From: Octopus sinensis
Lineage: Eukaryota
Direction of reading: 5' to 3'
Assembly (NCBI RefSeq): GCF_006345805.1
Contig: NW_021827994.1
Coordinates: 1-9,108 of the forward strand
DNA: 9,108 nucleotides
The notes below the pieces were generated by a model, which saw only the letters and a program-made list of their open reading frames with translations, was not told the origin of the DNA and ran no database searches. Position 1 is the first letter of the stretch. The number at the start of each line of letters is the position of its first letter. Shown one piece after another: positions 6,633 to 9,108 of this stretch. Made by a program: the position numbers and the translations under genes.

Positions 6633-8377
6633 TAGTTAGTTAGTTAGTTAGTTAATTTGGCTCAAAAGCAAATAGCAAGGCCATGTAGGGGGACATGGAG
6701 TTAAGTACAGGGTGGTGTTCATGTAAAGAGTTCAGGCCACTTGAGGTCCAGGGAGGCTTTGAACAAAGCGGTCGTCGGCATCTTTACCATCTCGTTTGGC
6801 AGCTTGTTCCACGGATCCGCAACCCGGACGGAGAAAGCTCCTCTCCTTCGATTGAGATGAAATCGTCGCAGGTAGAGCTTTTCGGAATGCCCCCGCAGCC
6901 GACGCTCTGGAGCAGGAGTGAAGAACAGCTCTTTCGAGAGGTTACACTTTCCGCTTATGATGTTGTGGGCGAGAATGAGATCACTACGGCGGCGGCGTTT
7001 TTCAAGAGAATAAAGGTCGAGCGTCCTCAGCCTTTCTTCGTAGGACAAATTTTTGAGACCAGAACCATGCGGGTAGCCAGCTTCTGGACTCTTTCGAGAT
7101 GCTGTATGTCTTTGAGGAGATAAGGAGAAGAGGCTTGAATCCCATACTCCAATATGGGTCTCACCAGCGTGACATAGAGTGGTAGGAATATGGCTGCTGT
7201 GAGCATTCCGAATGACCGTCGAATCAAGAACAGAATTCCGCGTGCTTTGTTGGCAGCATGGACGCACTGGGCCGAAGGCGAAAAGGATGAATCCACCAAG
7301 ATACCTAGGTCCTTTACCTGATCGGTTCTCTCCAGCAGCAGACGACCCGGCTCGAAATCAAGTTGAGTTGCAGGAGTAGAGCCGACAGGCAGATGACAGC
7401 ACTTTGACACGTTCAGACACAGGTCCCAATCGTTAGACCACTTCCAAATTTGGTGGAGGCATCGACGAAGATCCTCTATATTACCGCGAGGAGCGACCAG
7501 TTTGATATCGTCGGCAAATAGAAGGGTGTGTTGTCGGAGGTCGTCGGGCAAGTCATTTATGAGACGACGAACAACAAGGGCCCAAGCACTGAACCTTGAG
7601 GCACGCCACTGCTCGCACTGGAGACGTCGGACCGCGAAACCATTAACTTTGACTTGGAAGGAGCGATCTGAGAGGAAGGCACCAACCCATCGTACAATAT
7701 CCGGATGGAAACTATATGCTTGAAGCTTGACAAGTAATAGGCGGTGGTTTTACCGAGTCAAAAGCTTTGGCAAAGTCCAGTAAAACGATGTCAACAGCAT
7801 CACTATCATCGAGGATGCGCGTCACCAATTCTTCCATTTCTAGTAAGTTGGTCAAGCATGATCTCTTCGGCCACGAAGCAGTGTTGGGAATCAGAGATAG
7901 AGGCTGTGTTTAGGAGGTGGAGCATCATACTTTTCTTAGGATGGTTTCGAACATCTTGCTGATTATTGATGTAAGGGAACCCGGTCGGTAGTTAAGCGGG
8001 TCTCTCGCGGCTCCCTTTCTTGAAAATTGGGCAGATTATCGCTGTTCTCACAGTCTGCAGGTATAACACCCGTCGCCAATTACATATTGAATAGTCGCGT
8101 TAAGGGCTCGCAGATGACCGGAGCCAACGCTTTGATAACCCGTGGGTGTAGCCGTCAGGCCGTGACCCTTGTGACATCGAGGCCTTGAACCACGTTTGAC
8201 TTCGTCCCGCGTGATGACCAATCGAAGCATTGGAGGTACCGATCTATCAAATGGAGGGGGTTCACGACCATCATCTTGTTTGAAAATAGTTGAAAAAAGC
8301 CTCGGCAAATAATTGACTCTGTTGATAAGGGTCCTCAATCGATACGCCTGTTGAGTCTACCAACGTTGCAATCTGGT
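6631..8377 (-). mobile_element. 5'-truncated CR1-clade LINE (~1.75 kb): frameshifted RT, 3' UTR with stem-loop, (AACT)6 tail
   Basis: Stitched minus-strand translation contains KGHGPDG(L)HPRVIK, IICPIFKKG, PLNYRP.SLTS, SQH.F..RSCLTNLL, VDIVLLDFAKAFDSV, WV.AFLSDR, SGVPQGSVLGPLLF, LLFADDIKL, VKDLGILVD, YVTLVRPILEY, LERVQK.ATRM, SYEERL..LDLYSLEKRR, RGHS.KL, FSVRV...WNKLP. Stop at 6721-6719; (GTTA)6 on the plus strand at 6631-6654. No endonuclease domain is present because of the truncation. Confidence 0.96.
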
Positions 8378-8437
8378 TGTGTAAATCAACTTATCCTCTC
8401 CCCCAAAATTGTGGGCTCGTACTAAAAATAATAAAAT
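8378..8437 (+). mobile_element. 3' part of the SINE split by the CR1 insertion
   Basis: Begins with the duplicated TGTGT (8378-8382; also at 6628-6632). TCAACTT (8386-8392) completes a hairpin with AAGTCGA (6621-6627). Continues tcctctcccccaaaattg, as in the family tail I recall. Confidence 0.7.
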
Positions 8438-8440
8438 ACA

Positions 8441-8687
8441 TGCGCCCTTTAAAGCCTAGCCAGGCTCATGGCCCGGTTTCCCGTTTTCTATGGCGTATGT
8501 GTTACCCAGATGGACGGGACGCCAGTCTAATCGCAGCGTTACTCATTTTGCCAGCTGAGTGGACTGGAGCAACGTGAAATGAAGTGTTTTTCACAAGAAC
8601 ACAAACTGTCGCCCGGTCCAGGAATCGAAAACTCGATCTTACGATCATGGTGCTGACACCCTAACCACTAAGCCACCGCGCCTCCAC
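8441..8687 (-). mobile_element. tRNA-derived SINE sharing its core with 5684-6029 but carrying a different tail
   Basis: The minus strand starts gtggaggcgcggtggcttagtggttagggtg (A box TGGCTTAGTGG, 8675-8665) with a B-box-like gttttcgattcc (8632-8621). Core 8557-8586 matches 5782-5811 at 27/30. 3' hairpin AGCCT-GGCT-AGGCT (8466-8453). Confidence 0.92.
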
Positions 8688-8721
8688 CTTGTACTAAAAG
8701 TTGAAGCCAATATCATTCATC

Positions 8722-8972
8722 TATGTATATATAATATATATATTTATATTACAATATATGTGTGTATATTATATATATATATATTATATATATATATATA
8801 TACAGGCTATAAGAATATATTATACTTGTATATGTATGTGCATGTATAATATATTAATATATGCATATATATAATATAAAAATATATAATATATATACCC
8901 ACATGTATATTTTTGTATATTTGTATGTATGTATGCATATAACATATAAACACTCATACACACACATATATA
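8722..8972. repeat. Degenerate (TA)n / (TATG)n / (CA)n microsatellite
   Basis: Read directly from the sequence. Confidence 0.95.
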
Positions 8973-9029
8973 TGATGGTCAGGTTTACACTCATTTTGGA
9001 ACTTCATACATGTCCCGTATCTTTTTCAG

Positions 9030-9105
9030 ACTATTTACGTCACCCCCTTGCCCCTAAACCTTCCCCACCAAAACCCCTCCCAAACAAATGCAAAACTAAA
9101 ACAGG
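9030..9105 (+). CDS. Candidate 76-nt internal exon, Pro/Lys-rich
   Basis: Acceptor atctttttcAG (9028-9029) with a TTCAT branch-like motif about 25 nt upstream. GG|GTG at 9106 is cut off by the window end. The phase-1 reading (D)YLRHPLAPKPSPPKPLPNKCKTKT is open. Confidence 0.3.
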
Positions 9106-9108
9106 GTG

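Noticed and set aside
6695-7962. Plus-strand ORFs of 142, 73 and 72 aa
   Set aside because: They are antisense shadows of the CR1 RT.
8610-8687. tRNA gene-like sequence (likewise at 5684-5750 and 3570-3640)
   Set aside because: A and B boxes are present, but there is no complete cloverleaf, and each continues into a SINE body.

Overview
Repeat-saturated animal genomic DNA, not prokaryotic. The SINE families, microsatellite load and element mix match what I recall from octopus (coleoid cephalopod) genomes, but that assignment is from memory, not a search. In order along the window: a Penelope-like retroelement RT fragment (minus strand, running off the left edge); purine-rich and dinucleotide microsatellites; a block of trinucleotide repeats (about 2376-3312) that may be a low-complexity host exon; a tRNA-derived SINE with an internal microsatellite; a decayed mariner with one terminal inverted repeat; several more SINEs; an RTE-clade LINE 3' end; a 5'-truncated CR1-clade LINE inserted inside a SINE with a 5-bp target duplication; and a candidate 76-nt exon at the right edge. 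Most entries in the ORF track are microsatellite or antisense artefacts. I see no convincing novel multi-gene system. The best leads are a possible cryptic plus-strand gene whose ~5.7-kb intron holds all the central transposons, the clean nested insertion, and an inverted SINE pair that could form dsRNA.
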